64,000 bases of DNA from Bilabrum cf. latius (taxonomy: Eukaryota), in assembly GCA_965178125.1 (NCBI GenBank), contig OZ237744.1, positions 930,001 through 994,000 of the forward strand, given 5' to 3'. A program made the translations under genes and the position numbers. Each line of letters begins with the position of its first letter. Position 1 is the first letter of the stretch. Positions 1 to 12,700 of the stretch are shown here, one piece after another. The notes beneath the pieces were generated by a model that worked only from the letters and a program-made list of their open reading frames with translations, searched no databases and was not told the DNA's origin.

Positions 1-26
1 AAATTAAAAGGAAAAGATCCTCTCAC

Positions 27-222
27 CCGTACGTGCCCTGACCGATCGACCGGCCCTGCGTGGTGAACTCTGCTACGTCCCTGCAGCCTTTTCGCGGGTA
101 CCCGCCACCATGCCCGTGGCCGGGAGCTTTGCCCTTCCGTCCAGAAGGAGGGCTTAAAACATGCTACGGGAGGCTGGCCCCTGCTCCAGAGCTCGCCGCA
201 GGCGCCCACCCCGATTGATTAC

Positions 223-290
<68 letters not shown>

Positions 291-643
291 GTGGGCACCA
301 TAGGCTGCCCAGGACCCGACGGCGGGTTGGATGCTATAGACTGCTACTTGTCGGTGCCCTTCGAGGCTATGGCACTTGACTTGGCCGCTGTCGGTTCATG
401 CTAGCCGCCTTGCTGCCCGGCCGCTGTCTGCATGGACGATGACGATGACGAAGCCGATGCAGATGAAGAGTTGGTCGACTGTGGCATTACGGGTGCACCA
501 CCAGTGCGTAAGGCACCCGTAGATGCTGCAGATCTGCCTGTTACCCCGCCTTGGACGTTACTGGATGCCGAAGAGGGGCCAAACGTAGCACCAATTGATT
601 GCACTGTTCCAGCCTCAGAATTCGAGCGCTGCGCAGTCGCCAT
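27..643 (-). CDS. Cyclin-dependent (CMGC) protein kinase, first coding exon; gene continues off the left edge
   Basis: ATG at 643 with an in-frame TAA upstream. Reading through TAG at 401, 344 and 164 gives a low-complexity/poly-Ser N-terminus and then GCRDVAEFTTQGRSIGQGTYG, matching the CDK9/10/11/12-type GCRxVxEF...IGxGTYG glycine loop. A GTGAGA donor follows at 26. Confidence 0.8.
224..286. repeat. (GCT)21 trinucleotide microsatellite, poly-Ser in the kinase frame
   Basis: Perfect tandem GCT run, read as AGC codons on the minus strand. Confidence 0.95.
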
Positions 644-1198
644 GCTAGGGATCTGCTCAACACCGTATTAATAGATCAATCAATCAGTACGGATCACTTT
701 AAGTGGGAAAAGACAGGAGCAAGGGGCGGCACCGGCCAGGTTGCCCAGCACCGATGGGGTCCGGCTGCGACGGCGGCACGCAGAAAGGCAGCATGGTGAA
801 GGGCCAGAGTAACATTAAAACAAATATTTATTATTTGCATGGGATCAACATTCACAAAACGTCCCAACCAACCCTAAGCCAGAGAAATACCGAACTGCTC
901 ACAGAAGCGAACACACAGCAAGCGGTGAGTAGTCAGGGGGTGGAGAGCGAGTATCCGATCCGCAACCAGATCAACTAAACCGCGAAATCCTGTAAAGGGT
1001 GCACGGTCGTTTCACTAGGCTGGGAAAGGAATGGCAGGGGTATTTCTTGTCAGATTCTGATTATTACATAGTTGCGTGCATTTATCCCATCGCAATCGAA
1101 CCTGAACCGGAGGCTTGTAGCGCCACAAGATTTGAGTCAAGCTTTCCGAGCTACAGAAATTTCCATTTGTATTCATCGAGTCGTCTTAAAACTTGAGG

Positions 1199-3654
1199 AT
1201 GGATGGGTTCCTCGGGAAAGCCGCGGAGATGATGGAGGCAGCGTGAGCTGGCTACTTGTTGTGTCACCCCTGTCAACCATGGCGACAAGTGGAACGCTCA
1301 ACGCGTTGCCCATCGCCATATTCGTGTCTGAACGCATAACTGGCTCCTGTTGGTATTCCGTGGTACCGTACGAGTCTCACTGGCTTCGATCGCTCCATCG
1401 CAGTAAGAACGCCTTGCAAAACAAGACCGAGACTGAGATCAAGCTAGACAAAGCTCTTAGCAAGGAAAAGTAGGGCAGTGATACTAAGGAGCTTCTCTAG
1501 ATTGCCAGGCTGACACATGACTACGCTGAGCGCAGCGTGATCTTGAACAGCGTCTGGGAGGCAATGAACCATGCTGGCAAGAACTGGCTCCAAATTTTCA
1601 AGGCCCTGAACCTTTTGGAGTTTCTGATCAAGAACGGGGCCGAGAGGGTTATCGATTAGGCGCGCGAGCGAATGTTTCGAATCCGCACCCTTCAGGATTT
1701 CGCGCACAGCGAGGACGGCATCGACAAGGGCGCAGGCAGTGAGTGTATCTGCTTGAGGGGATAGCAAAGATGCGTGCAGCTCCCATATACTGCATCATAG
1801 ACTCTTTCCGCTCTGCCTTTCCGCCCCAATTTTCTCTGCTACTCGCAGTTCGGAAGAAGGCCCGGGAGCTGGTTGAGCTGCTGCAGGACACCAAGAAGAT
1901 CCGCGAGGAGCGCGAAAAGGCCCGAAAGCTGATGCAGCGAATTCTCGGGGGATCGGTAGGGTCTGGTCACGGTAAGTTCCTCTGAAGAAATGCGATACCT
2001 GTGCGCTACACGCTCACCCGGTCGACGCTGACTTGTCGGCAGCATTTGTGAGAAAAAAATGCCTAGTCTAACCCTAACCCTAACCCTAGTCTCTCGCGCA
2101 GCTGGAGGCGTAGGCAGCATTCGTGCTGGTGGCTCCCGTGGGCCACGCTATGGCGGTGCGGGCGGGCACTCCCGCGGCCGGTCCGGGATGGGGTCGGGGT
2201 CCTCTGGTGGTGGGGGCTTCCACGACACCGGCTCGCCAGTGGCGCGGTCCCGTGGCAGTGCGGAGCCAGGCCGCTCGCGACGAGACGTTCGGAGGGAGGC
2301 AGAGGATGACGACGACCTGGAGGCCACCATGCGGGAGCTGGAGGGACGTTCGGGAGGGGGAGGCAGGGGGAGAGGACAGAGGCGCGGAGGTGGCTCTGGC
2401 GGCGGAATTGACATCCAGTTCGGTGCCATCGGCACCAGTGGTGGGGGTGCCGCTCGCAGGGATGCGCCGTCGCCAGTGAGTGGTGGTGAAGGGGGTGCTG
2501 CCAGCGACGACGATGAGGAGGACCTCTTCGGCGGGGATGCACCACAACCCCCTGCGGCTGCCCCCGCGCAGAGCGGCGGCAACGGCGACGATGACGATGA
2601 CTTCAACCCGTTCGAGGAGAGCGGGGCGGGCAATGGGACGAGCTCTGCACCTGCTGGTGGTGCGGATGGCGACGATGGAGACGACTTTAACCCGTTCGAA
2701 GGCGGTGGATCAGGCGACGCAGCAGGCGCGACGGGAACAGGCGCACAGCGTCAGGACGACTCGGCCGACATCGAAGCCCTGCTGATGGGTGTGCCCTCCA
2801 ATGGTGGTGCCGCTTCCGTCCCAGCGGCCCCTGTGCAGCGCCAGGATTCATTCGATCCGTTCGCGCCCGCCGGCGGTGCCCCTGCAGCTGCTGCATCGGA
2901 CCCAACCGACGACTTTGGAGGATTCGAGACGTCTGCCGCGCCGGTGCCCGCTGCGGTGGCTGCTTCGTCTGGCGGGGACATGCTTGCCGCAGAGCCGACT
3001 GGCCCGCAGGATCCTGACGACGACCTGCTCAGCATGGACGTGGGCAGCTTGTCTGCTTCCAATGCTGCGAGCAAGTCTGGCGCTGCTGCTGCCAAGGCGG
3101 CATCAACGCAGAGGCAGCGTGGCCGACCAATGGGCATGATGGAGGCGCACAAGACGAAGCGAAGCACGCCTGTGATGCGGCAGCCGCCGAGCACGACTGG
3201 GGGGGCTGGGGTGCCGCCACTTGGTGGCGGTCCTGGGATGGGCGCACCTGTTGGCGGCATGATGCGACAGGGAGGAGCTGGGGGCATTATGCAGGGTGGT
3301 CCTGGCGGGATGATGCAGGGTGGGGCCGGTGGCATGCCTGGCATGATGCGCGGTGGCATGGCACAAGGGGCCATGATGGGATCTACGGGAGGTATGCCGG
3401 GTGGCATGATGCGGAGTGGAATGCCGATGCAAGGAGGGATGATGCCTGGAATGCAACAGCCAGGAGGCATGCCGGGCGGGGGTATGATGATGGGAGGCCC
3501 TGGCCAGTCTCATATGAGTATGCCAGGGACAATGGGAGGCGGAATGCAGTTTGGATAGAGACCTGGTGGGATGTCGTCAATGGGAGGTCCAGGCTTTCGT
3601 CAGGGTGGCGGAGATATAATGGGTATGGGTCAGCGAAGACCGATGGGGAGCTAA
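1199..3654 (+). CDS. Epsin/EpsinR-like ENTH-domain protein (~684 aa); exons 1199-1242, 1404-1738, 1849-1971, 2102-3654
   Basis: ENTH motifs KNWLQIFKALNLLEFLIKNGAERVI and DKGAGIRKKARELVELL, followed by DLF, NPF and DPF motifs and a Gly/Met-rich tail. Three phase-compatible GT-AG introns. TAG read through at 1471, 1498, 1657 and 3556; ends at TAA 3652-3654. Confidence 0.92.
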
Positions 3655-3765
3655 CTATACCTTCAGTCTTCGCAGCATTCGACACGAAATATCTTTGTTA
3701 AGGAAAGTTTTGTATTTCTGCAACTAAATCAAGCGAATGCTTGGTACTGCTGTACTGCAGCTAAC

Positions 3766-6700
3766 TCATACCTGGTCTTCATCAGACTCAGCTCCTGCAC
3801 CGCCCTCTGCGGCGCCGGCTGCCGAGCCAGCTCCTTGGCCATCGCTAACTGCCACTCCGGCCCCGCGCTGTACCGACTCGTACGCAGACATCCACCGCAA
3901 CCGCGAGGAGAACTCAGCAGTGGCCCCGGGCTCGCTGCCAAAAAGGAGGGGGTCCGCAGGAGATCCGGTGCGAAGCTCGAACTTGAACGACACCCCCCGC
4001 AGGGTGACTGCAGGCCGGACTGCCGAGCAAGCAGCCGGGAGGCTTGACCTGCTGCCAACCCACTCGGTCCTCATGAGGCACATAGACTTCTCTTCGTCAG
4101 TCAGGTCCTCGAAATGCTTGCTACCCCCATCTGCATCGCTCTGAGCTGGGACCACCTGGTAGTAGCACGTGCCCGAGCTAGTGTCAAAGGCGCAGCGGAT
4201 GAGGTCGCCCTTCCCGATCTCCATTGATGGCACCGGACGCACCACATCCCCCCCATGGATGACTGCCCTCCGCCTTACCGACAGCCCGATTGAGTTCATG
4301 TCGTCACCGATGCCGTGATGCCCGGCGGCGAAGCCAAAGAAGCTACCTGCGGCCCAGCCAATGGCAGCCGCCCCTTCTTCCAGCACCCTCAGCTCGTACA
4401 CCACGATACCCCCGCTGGCGCGGTCCCGTGTCGGCAGCGAGACCATGCCAACCAATATGGTTGGGTGCTCCTCATCTCCTGTCGGTTCATCAGCCGTGGC
4501 ATCCTCGTCGCCACCGCCGAAGCGGTGCATGTGCCGGCGCTGGGCTCGTCTGCGGTGTCTAGTGGCCTGTGTCACTCGGCTCTGCAGCGCTTCAGACATT
4601 GCCTGCTCTGGGTTCTCCGCAAGGTCCACGCCGGAACGACTCGCCACGGTGCCCTTGTCCTGGTTGATCTTCACGATCGTGCCGCACTGCGCCCCGGCAA
4701 ATAGAGGCAGCCTCTTGCCACTCTCCACGTGTGCCTGTATTTGTGGTACGCAGCCGGCGTGCGACTCCGCACGCATGAGTTGTGGCGGCGTCGACAGCTC
4801 AATATCGACCGACGAAGCCGAGGCCGGGTCATCGCCGTCGGCACTCGCCTTGGCCGCGGCGGCTGCAGCCAGCTGCTTTTCGTACCCACGCACGAGCGAA
4901 GACCTCGTCCCGAGCTGTCTCTGGTACGCAGCAGATCGCTCCACGATCCACAAGCCGACAGGTTTGTAGCTGTCGCTAGGTGGAGCATGCTTGAATCTCC
5001 GCTGCCCGATGTTGAATCGGACGGCCATTGGAGCGTGGAGAGTAACCGCGGGGGTGAGCCCCATTGGGCCTGGCCGCACGTTGTGGTACGCGAGGCCCCA
5101 CGGGCCGTCCCACTTGCCATTGAGGCCCATGCTGATCGTGCCTGTGCTCATATCGATGCACACTCCGATGGTGTTGCCTGGGGACGCCCAGTCGGCACCG
5201 AACCCCGCAGTCGCACCCACCATCGGGAAGGGTTCCACCTCGTTCGAGATGTCATCCAACTCGAAGTCAGCACCGCCTTCGGCTTCATCATCTTCGTCAT
5301 CGCCATCATTCCCGCCAGCGCTACCACCAGCTGACACGCTCTCGGCCTCCCGCCGTGCCCTCATGCCTTCGTTCACCTGGCGCTGGGCCTCGTCGTACTC
5401 CAGGCCAGCAGCAAGGGCGGCCGCAAGCAGACTCGACCGCTCCTCGTCATCCGCTGCACGGCGGGCAGCCTCCTCCGCGGCCCTAGCAGCGCGCTGCTCT
5501 TCCGTCATCGCCTCGGCTGCAGCTCTGCGGGCGCGCGCCAGCTCTCTGGCCTAGCGTCGCCGCCTCCTGTGCACGTCACGCTACATCTGCGCCATGTCAG
5601 CGTCCGTCGGCGTGTGACCGAAGAATTTCGAGAACGCACGGATGTAGACGTCGGGATGATACGCCTTGAGCATGGGCAGGTGCGCGTGAGTGACAGGCAG
5701 GTCCGTCATCCGGAGCCGCTCACCGTACTCGGCCGGGTGCGAGAGGCCGTAGAGCAGCCTTCCGCGGTTGCCAGTGATGTTGTCATTCACGGGGCCGCTG
5801 TGGTCTCTCGCAGCAAACCCGACCTGGACGAACGATGGAACCATGGCTTTGCAAATGGCCTAGGATTCCTCCGACATGGACACTTTCAAATAGCGCCGGG
5901 CCACTGCTTCGGTAGAACTCACGTGCTGAGCCAGCGTGCCCTCGCATGCCATGGATTCTGCACGAGACATCATGCCGGCACCGACGGGATCCAATACATC
6001 TACCTCGAAGTACCACTTGCCGCGGTGGATGGCAATACCTCGAAGTTCTGCTGCACCCACGAGACCGACTTGCGTGGTGGCCGCGGAAGCATCGATGAAA
6101 ACAGAACCATCGGGCCGTGTCTGCACGCCATAGCTGCCCTGGGCAGCGATCGGCTGACCAGCTGCAAGCCCAACAGCGCGCACCAAACGTACCTCGCGCA
6201 GCCGCTCAATTTGGCGGTACACAGACCCGGCAGTGCGGAACGGCGGGTTGTACCGGAAGGACGCATCGCCGAAGTTGAGCTCGAGGGAAACGGCCGCGTC
6301 CATGCTCACAACTGGCAGTACACCCTCCGTGCCGGACAGCACGAGGCACACACCAGCCAATTCTGCTTGCTCATCGTCTGACCCAACCTATCTGCGTGGG
6401 CACCCTTCTGGAAGATTGCCACACGTGCCTACAACAGAACCGTTCACAGTGAACACGGCAGCACCGTTCGTGCAGTCGAAGGCTGCCCCAATCACATCGC
6501 CAGTCTTCCAGACTATGCCGGCCGTCTGCACGTCCTCCGATGCTGCCACTGGAGCCAACTTGCGACCAGCAACCCACACGCAACCATCGGCACCAAGCGC
6601 AACGCCACTATCCTCCCCTCCCATGCCAGCGCCGATTCCAGTCCTCACGCTTCCCTTGAAGCTCGCCAGCGCGAACCCTACGGTTCCGCAAGGAAACTCG

Positions 6701-9700
6701 CTACGATCCGTTGCTGGGACGGCCGTCGCACCGGCTTGCGGCGGTAGGGCATGACCACCAGCGGAGTTGCACCGGATCACTGTGGCCTCGAAGTAGTGCA
6801 TGCCAGAATCCGGGGCTAGCACAGTGGCACGAGGAGCAATGGTCACGCAAGAACCCCGAAGATTAGGCGAGCTGACCAAGACCCCGCCGCGCACCAGCGC
6901 AGGGCCTCCCGAAGTAACCAGCGGCTCCCCGATGTCCCACTACCGCCTGGCCTGCAGGTGCAGGGCATCCTCACCAGCGTACGTGCCTTGCCGTTCCAAG
7001 GGCGGAGCCACGTCGCCTTCTGACTGAAAAGCACCACCACCAGACGTCAGCTGCATCAGCTCCTTGGGTCCGGCCGCCTTGCCCTGCCTATTGAGCAGGT
7101 CCTCAAGGGCCCTCTGCGCCTCTTCCTCAGCGCGAGCATCCTCCTCACGAGCATCCATCGCCTTATTCACCGCAGCGAGGTACCTCGCAACCCGGCGCGT
7201 GCTCTTGGCAGACTCCGAATCGGTCTGGTTCAGCACGTTGAGCTTCTGCTCCCTCGGATCCGGAGGAATGAGGGTGGCCGTAAACAGGCTCCTCGAGATG
7301 AAGCCAGCACCGTCAGCAGATGCTGTGTGCATCAGCAGCTCTGCCACCTCCTCCGGCTTGATCTCAGCAGCAAGCAGGCCCAAGATTGCCCGCTGCAGGG
7401 CAGAGGGAGGCAGATAGTTGCTCCCGCTACCGAAGCCGAGGCCCTCGAGTGCAGCCGTGACGCCACCGAACTGCCTGGCGAGTCCCATTCTGACTCTGCT
7501 GGCAATAGAGCGCATGCGAGAAAACTGTTCGCCCTCGCGCTTGGACAGAGCAGGGGAGATCGGCGCAACCTCGTACCCGACAGTTTCACGTCGCCTCTTC
7601 GTCTGCATCCTGGAGAAAAATGCAGCGCGATCCTCTGGGCTGCTTTCGGAGAGACCAGCCATGAGATAAGCCAGCTGCACCTCCGTGTAGGCCACCTGAA
7701 GGTCGAAGTACCGAGCGGATTGCGTTGGGAGCTCCCACTTGTCGACCCGAGTCAGCCCGACAACGCGACCCTTCTGCACCGCGAGCACGCGATCATTGTC
7801 CTCTTCAGCGGTGGCACTTGCGCTCCCGGCAGCTGTTGCTGAGGCTGCATCAGGCGTAGCGGGTGGCTCCGCGCCTGCTGCTGCCGGGGCACTAGCCTCA
7901 GCGCTCGTGCCAGATCCAGCAATCAGCGCGAGACCCTCTTCCTTGCTTGAGAGTACTGAAGTCTCCTCCACCTGTTCCTCGAACTCTCCCTGAGGGTGCC
8001 TTGGGTCGTCAGTGCGCTCATCCAGAAGGCGACCATCCGTCGTCCACAGCTGGACTACGGCAGCGTGGAGCGTGGATCCGGTCCTGGTAACGTCTCTCGC
8101 ATCGATTAGGAACGGGTTGCGAAGGTGCATGGCGCGTCGAACAGCCGCCGCCTCTTCCAAGTTGATCGTCGCAAGGCACCAAGGCTTCTCTTGCTCCGGC
8201 TGCTCCGATGCAGGAACTGCACCGGAGCCGTCTGCAGCAGGCTCAGCCCACACGGCGCGGCTCACGCGGGCACCGACGGCAGTCTGGGTGGCTCCACCCG
8301 TCTGCTCGGTATGTCTCTCCTCGTCCTCAGAGTCGCTGTCGTCCTGGTCGCCCCTCAGGTGCTCGGGCAGCACCCGTGCATTGCCGCTAGACCCTGCCGG
8401 CTTCCATCGCATGATTACGACGACGTTCTTGAGTGGCCACATGGGCATCGTGTACACGAAGCTCGTGGGCGGCGTGTGGTTCCAAGTGCTGTACATGGAC
8501 GTGGGCAGGTTCACGTTCTACATGTCCTCCCACAGCCTGATGTCCTTGGTCAGCAGCCACTCGGAGCGTTTGACCACGACGTGCTTGCCCATTGTGCCGC
8601 GGTCGTCCGTCGCCCCTTCGCCGCTCGGCGCGGCCATTGCATACAGCGACCACTGACGAGGGTTCTTGGCGAAGTCACGGTCGGCACCGGCCCTCACAAC
8701 TTCCTTCTCGACCTCCTCCTCCTACTCCTGTTCCTTCTCCTGCTGCTTCTCCTGCTGGAGCTCCTGCTCCTGCACGGTCTCCGTGTCCAACGCAAGCGTG
8801 CGGGCAGCCGCAAGCTCGGCCTCGTCACCCTTCTCGGCCTCGGCGCCCACGGAGGACGGGTCGTCCCCGAGCGCCTCCTTCCCCGCTGCCTCACGCTCTT
8901 TCTTGGCCAGCATGGCCGCCTTGCGAACGTGCTTAACCTCGGCAGACGCAATGATGCCGATGTCGCGTGCCGCAGCGGCCGCCTCCTCCATGGCGTACTT
9001 CACCCGTGCCTCTGCCTCGTGCCCAGTGACCAAATCAGTCCACTTTTGCAGCTCGACCTGCAGCCGCTCCTTGAAGCCGACTGGCGGGTCGATGGTCCCT
9101 GCCACGTCAAACCGCAAGGGGTCAAGGTACGCCTGCACGCAGCGTGAGCCTCTCTTCTCTGGACCAAGCTTCGCCACGATGGCCGAATCGTCCAAGCCAA
9201 TCGAGGTGAGAGTAGATACCACACCGCCGGACATCTTGGCAGCAGCGTCCGGGTCGCTCTGCGCTGCGCGCAGCGCATCCGCAGGAGCAGCTCGTTTCAC
9301 CGTGCGCGCGACCTGCATGCGGCTGTACAGCTCCTCTTGGTCGGGGAGAGACTCCACAGCAGTTGGCCGCTGGAATCGAGTAGTAATTCCCTTCGTGCGG
9401 ACTCCAGCCACAAGTCTTCGGATGTCTAGGCGGGCGATTGGCTCCTTGGAGATGGCAGGGACCCTAAGGGGCACGCTCTGCGTCTGCTGCACGGGCCACA
9501 TGGATGACCTGCGTGCTGGCAGCTTGTACGGTTCAGCCCACGGGGCGACGAAAGCGGCAACCTCTACGCCCTGAGGGGCGCTCATGGCTTGCACGTCACG
9601 GATGGCCGCGCGCCTCCACACGGCAGAGAGGTGCTGCATGGTAAGCTGCATCCTCTGCATGTGCTCCGAACGGATCGAGTTCGTGACAAGCCATGCAAGG

Positions 9701-12700
9701 ATGTCCGAAGTTAAAGAGTCGGTGGAGGCCACCGCCCGGATAAGTCTCCGCACCTCAGGAATAGCGATGATGCTGAGCCTCTATCCGCGCTCCAGCCCAC
9801 GCATGCGCCAGCAGCCCTGCGCATAGTCGCGAAGGGTCATGTCCTTGGACAGGGTCACGGCCGCCCTGGCGTCAAGGTTGAGCTTGATGTCCTGGCCCGT
9901 TGTGTGGTACTAATCGAAGAAGACAGAGTAGCTGACCGGGTCAAGACCGCAATCGGCGAGATCCACGACCCTACCAGTCGACCGCATCACGCACTTATGC
10001 TTGCCCGTTTCGTCGATAAACACGCAGCCCTCCTTGCGCCTTAGACCAGACTTGAGCAGGAATCTGGCCGTCTCTTCGTTGGACATGCCAGTGATCAGAG
10101 CCCCAGTGTCGATTAGCGCGTCAAAATTGGCCTGCGCGACCTGGACCAAAAGCCCACGGACGGACCAGTCGCTCAGATCACCATCGAATGGAGTGGTGAT
10201 CCTGGGGTCTGCGAGGATTCGGAGGATCTTGGCATCGCTGCCGGGCTCGTACTCGCACAGCATCCCCTGCGGCAGGATATTGGATGGCGTTCCGCTGAAT
10301 GCTGCACGCCGCAGGAAGAGCGTGTCGCCGCACACGTCCAGTCCAGTCGCAGTCAGCTTCGTATGCTGGTGCTGCATCACTGCGGGGAATACCATCCGCC
10401 GCAGGTAGTAGAGGATCACGCTAGGGCTGGAGGCAAGCACCGCGTGGATAGCCTGTAGCTGGGTGTTGCTCGCCATGTCAACCAGCGGCAGAGGTAAGAT
10501 TCCCTTGGCGTTCGCATGACCCTCCTCCAGCCAACCCTTGTCAAAGGTGCCAGTCAAGACCTCCATTGCAGTGGCCTTGGATGAGCCCTGGGTCCCTTGC
10601 CGGAGTGCCACCTCCCCTCCTTCCTCTGCCTTGGACTCCGATTCGGTTGGTTGTCCGCCACTGGACCCTCCGATATCCTCGAGAAGGGCCTGGGCGGCCG
10701 CGGGAACCGCGATACCCTCATCATCGAGAGTGGGATCGGCACCCGAGGCCTGCCTCGACAGAGGCGCCACATCGTCGCTGGCCCCGCCCGAGGCCAGGTC
10801 CAATGACATTTCGCGCCTTGTGATTGCGAACGGCAGGCGCCTACCGCCTCCATCTTCATCATCGCTGTCGTCGTCGTCGTCTCCATTCGAGAGACCCAGG
10901 CTGGGCAACCGAATCAGCTCAGCAAGGGCGGTCGGCCCGTCTCCTCGACCAGCGCCAGACGAATCCAGGCCTTCCTGGTCGTCAAGGCTGTTCGTACTGG
11001 ACTGCTTTCGGGCAAGCTGCACGATCTTCATGCCATCGGCGGCGTAATCACGCCTGGCCTCCTCAGCGGAGGCAGCCTCATCCAGCCACTTCTGGAAGAG
11101 TCGCGCGGCCGGCCTCTCCTCTGGCCTGCCCGTTTCTCGAGATAGATCCGACTTGAGGGCCTGTAGCACTGTAAGCATGTCCATGTATCGCATGCCTTCG
11201 TACCGGTATGCCATGACCGCAAGCCCAATCTAAATGTCAGGGTGGGCGAACTCGGAATTCTTGGAGGGTGTCTCACGACCCACAAAGGGAACGGCAAGCA
11301 CCGCGCGCGAGGTGGGTAGCCCTCTGGAGTCCTTCTGCCCAAAACCCGGGTCGCCCTCGTGCAGAAGCCCGTAAGAGACGCGGTCCACCCTCGAGAAGTA
11401 ATGCGGTGCAAACAGGTTGCAATGGTCCCTCGCAAGGTTCAGCAGCTGGATCGTGTAGGCGGAGCAACTGGCGCGGATGTTAGCAGCTTGCTTGCTGCTT
11501 GCCCCTGCCTCGCCGACCATGAAGTCCAGAGCGTTGCTGCAAAGCTCACCGTCAAATGCCCACTTCTTCCTGTAGAAGTCTCTCGTTTCCTCCAAGTCAT
11601 CCGCAGCGCTGTCGTCATCGGCACCTGCACCTGACGCAGCACCGCCTGCCTCCTTGGATTCGGACGCACCAGTTGAAGCCTCGGCGGCCTCTGCAGTCTG
11701 GAAGTCCTGCTGGACACTTTCCTGCTTGAGAAGCCACATCATGGTCCACTTCGCCACAGGCCGCTTCAGCCTAGTGTGCCACAGGATGGGGTCCAGGAGT
11801 GTGATGTGGGGAGTGGTCTGGATGGCAAGCATGGCAATGCCACGACGCAGCTCGTCCCGGAGCTCGATCAGGATGTCTGCCGGCGTGCAGGGACCGCTGC
11901 CCGGACCACACGCGCCAGGTGGCAGTTCTCTCGGCCCGCTTGCCTGAGCGCGACGCCGCTGCTCATCCTCGACCTACTTTCGCTGTTGCTCCGCCTTCCT
12001 GCTCCTCTTCATCTCCTCGGTGACGGTCTTCTTGCCCTTCTAGCCCCGCTTGCGTCGTTTCTTCTTGCCTTGATGCTCGTCCATTCCAGGCGTGGCCGTG
12101 TGGGCCATCTCGTTCGCCTTCTTGATCTCCTCAGTGGGCTCGACGTGCTCGTTGCTTTCGCCCGGCACCTGCGGCGGTGGGCCTCCCGCGGCCAGCGTCT
12201 CGGGTGCACAGCACGCCAGGAACCCGCCGATCATGTGCATCGGGAGGTTCCACCGGTCTGGGCTCATGGCTAGCGGGTCCTTCTGCCCGACGGGGTAGTT
12301 TAACTCGGACTTAAGAGGGTGCATACACACGTCGATCTCGTCGATCAGAGCGCATCCCCGCGACCGCTCGCCCCAAAGCGACATTAAGTCACGAAGAACA
12401 TCGGCAAGTGCATCTAAGGCCCGGACACGAACAGCTTCCTGATCCACTTGCCACCTGAGCTCACCGTCCATGATCGTCTCGGGCGGGATAAATACGTGCG
12501 GAGGGGCTGCGCGCACCTGCTGCAGCAGATCCATGTACTGCAGGAAGGCAGACTTGATGCTCTCTGGAGTGGCAGCCACTACGTTGCCTGTATCTCTCGC
12601 CCAGCGGAGGCGGTCCACCTGCCGCTGCAGGTGCGACACCCAGCAGAGAATCTTGTCAACGGCAGTGGCCGTCGCATTTGCGTTCCACCCGCGCACCGTC

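Noticed and set aside
3718-3771. Possible terminal intron (GTATGA...TTGCAG) bypassing the giant gene's TGA
   Set aside because: At 54 nt it is shorter than the other introns, and the extension would run antisense into the epsin CDS.
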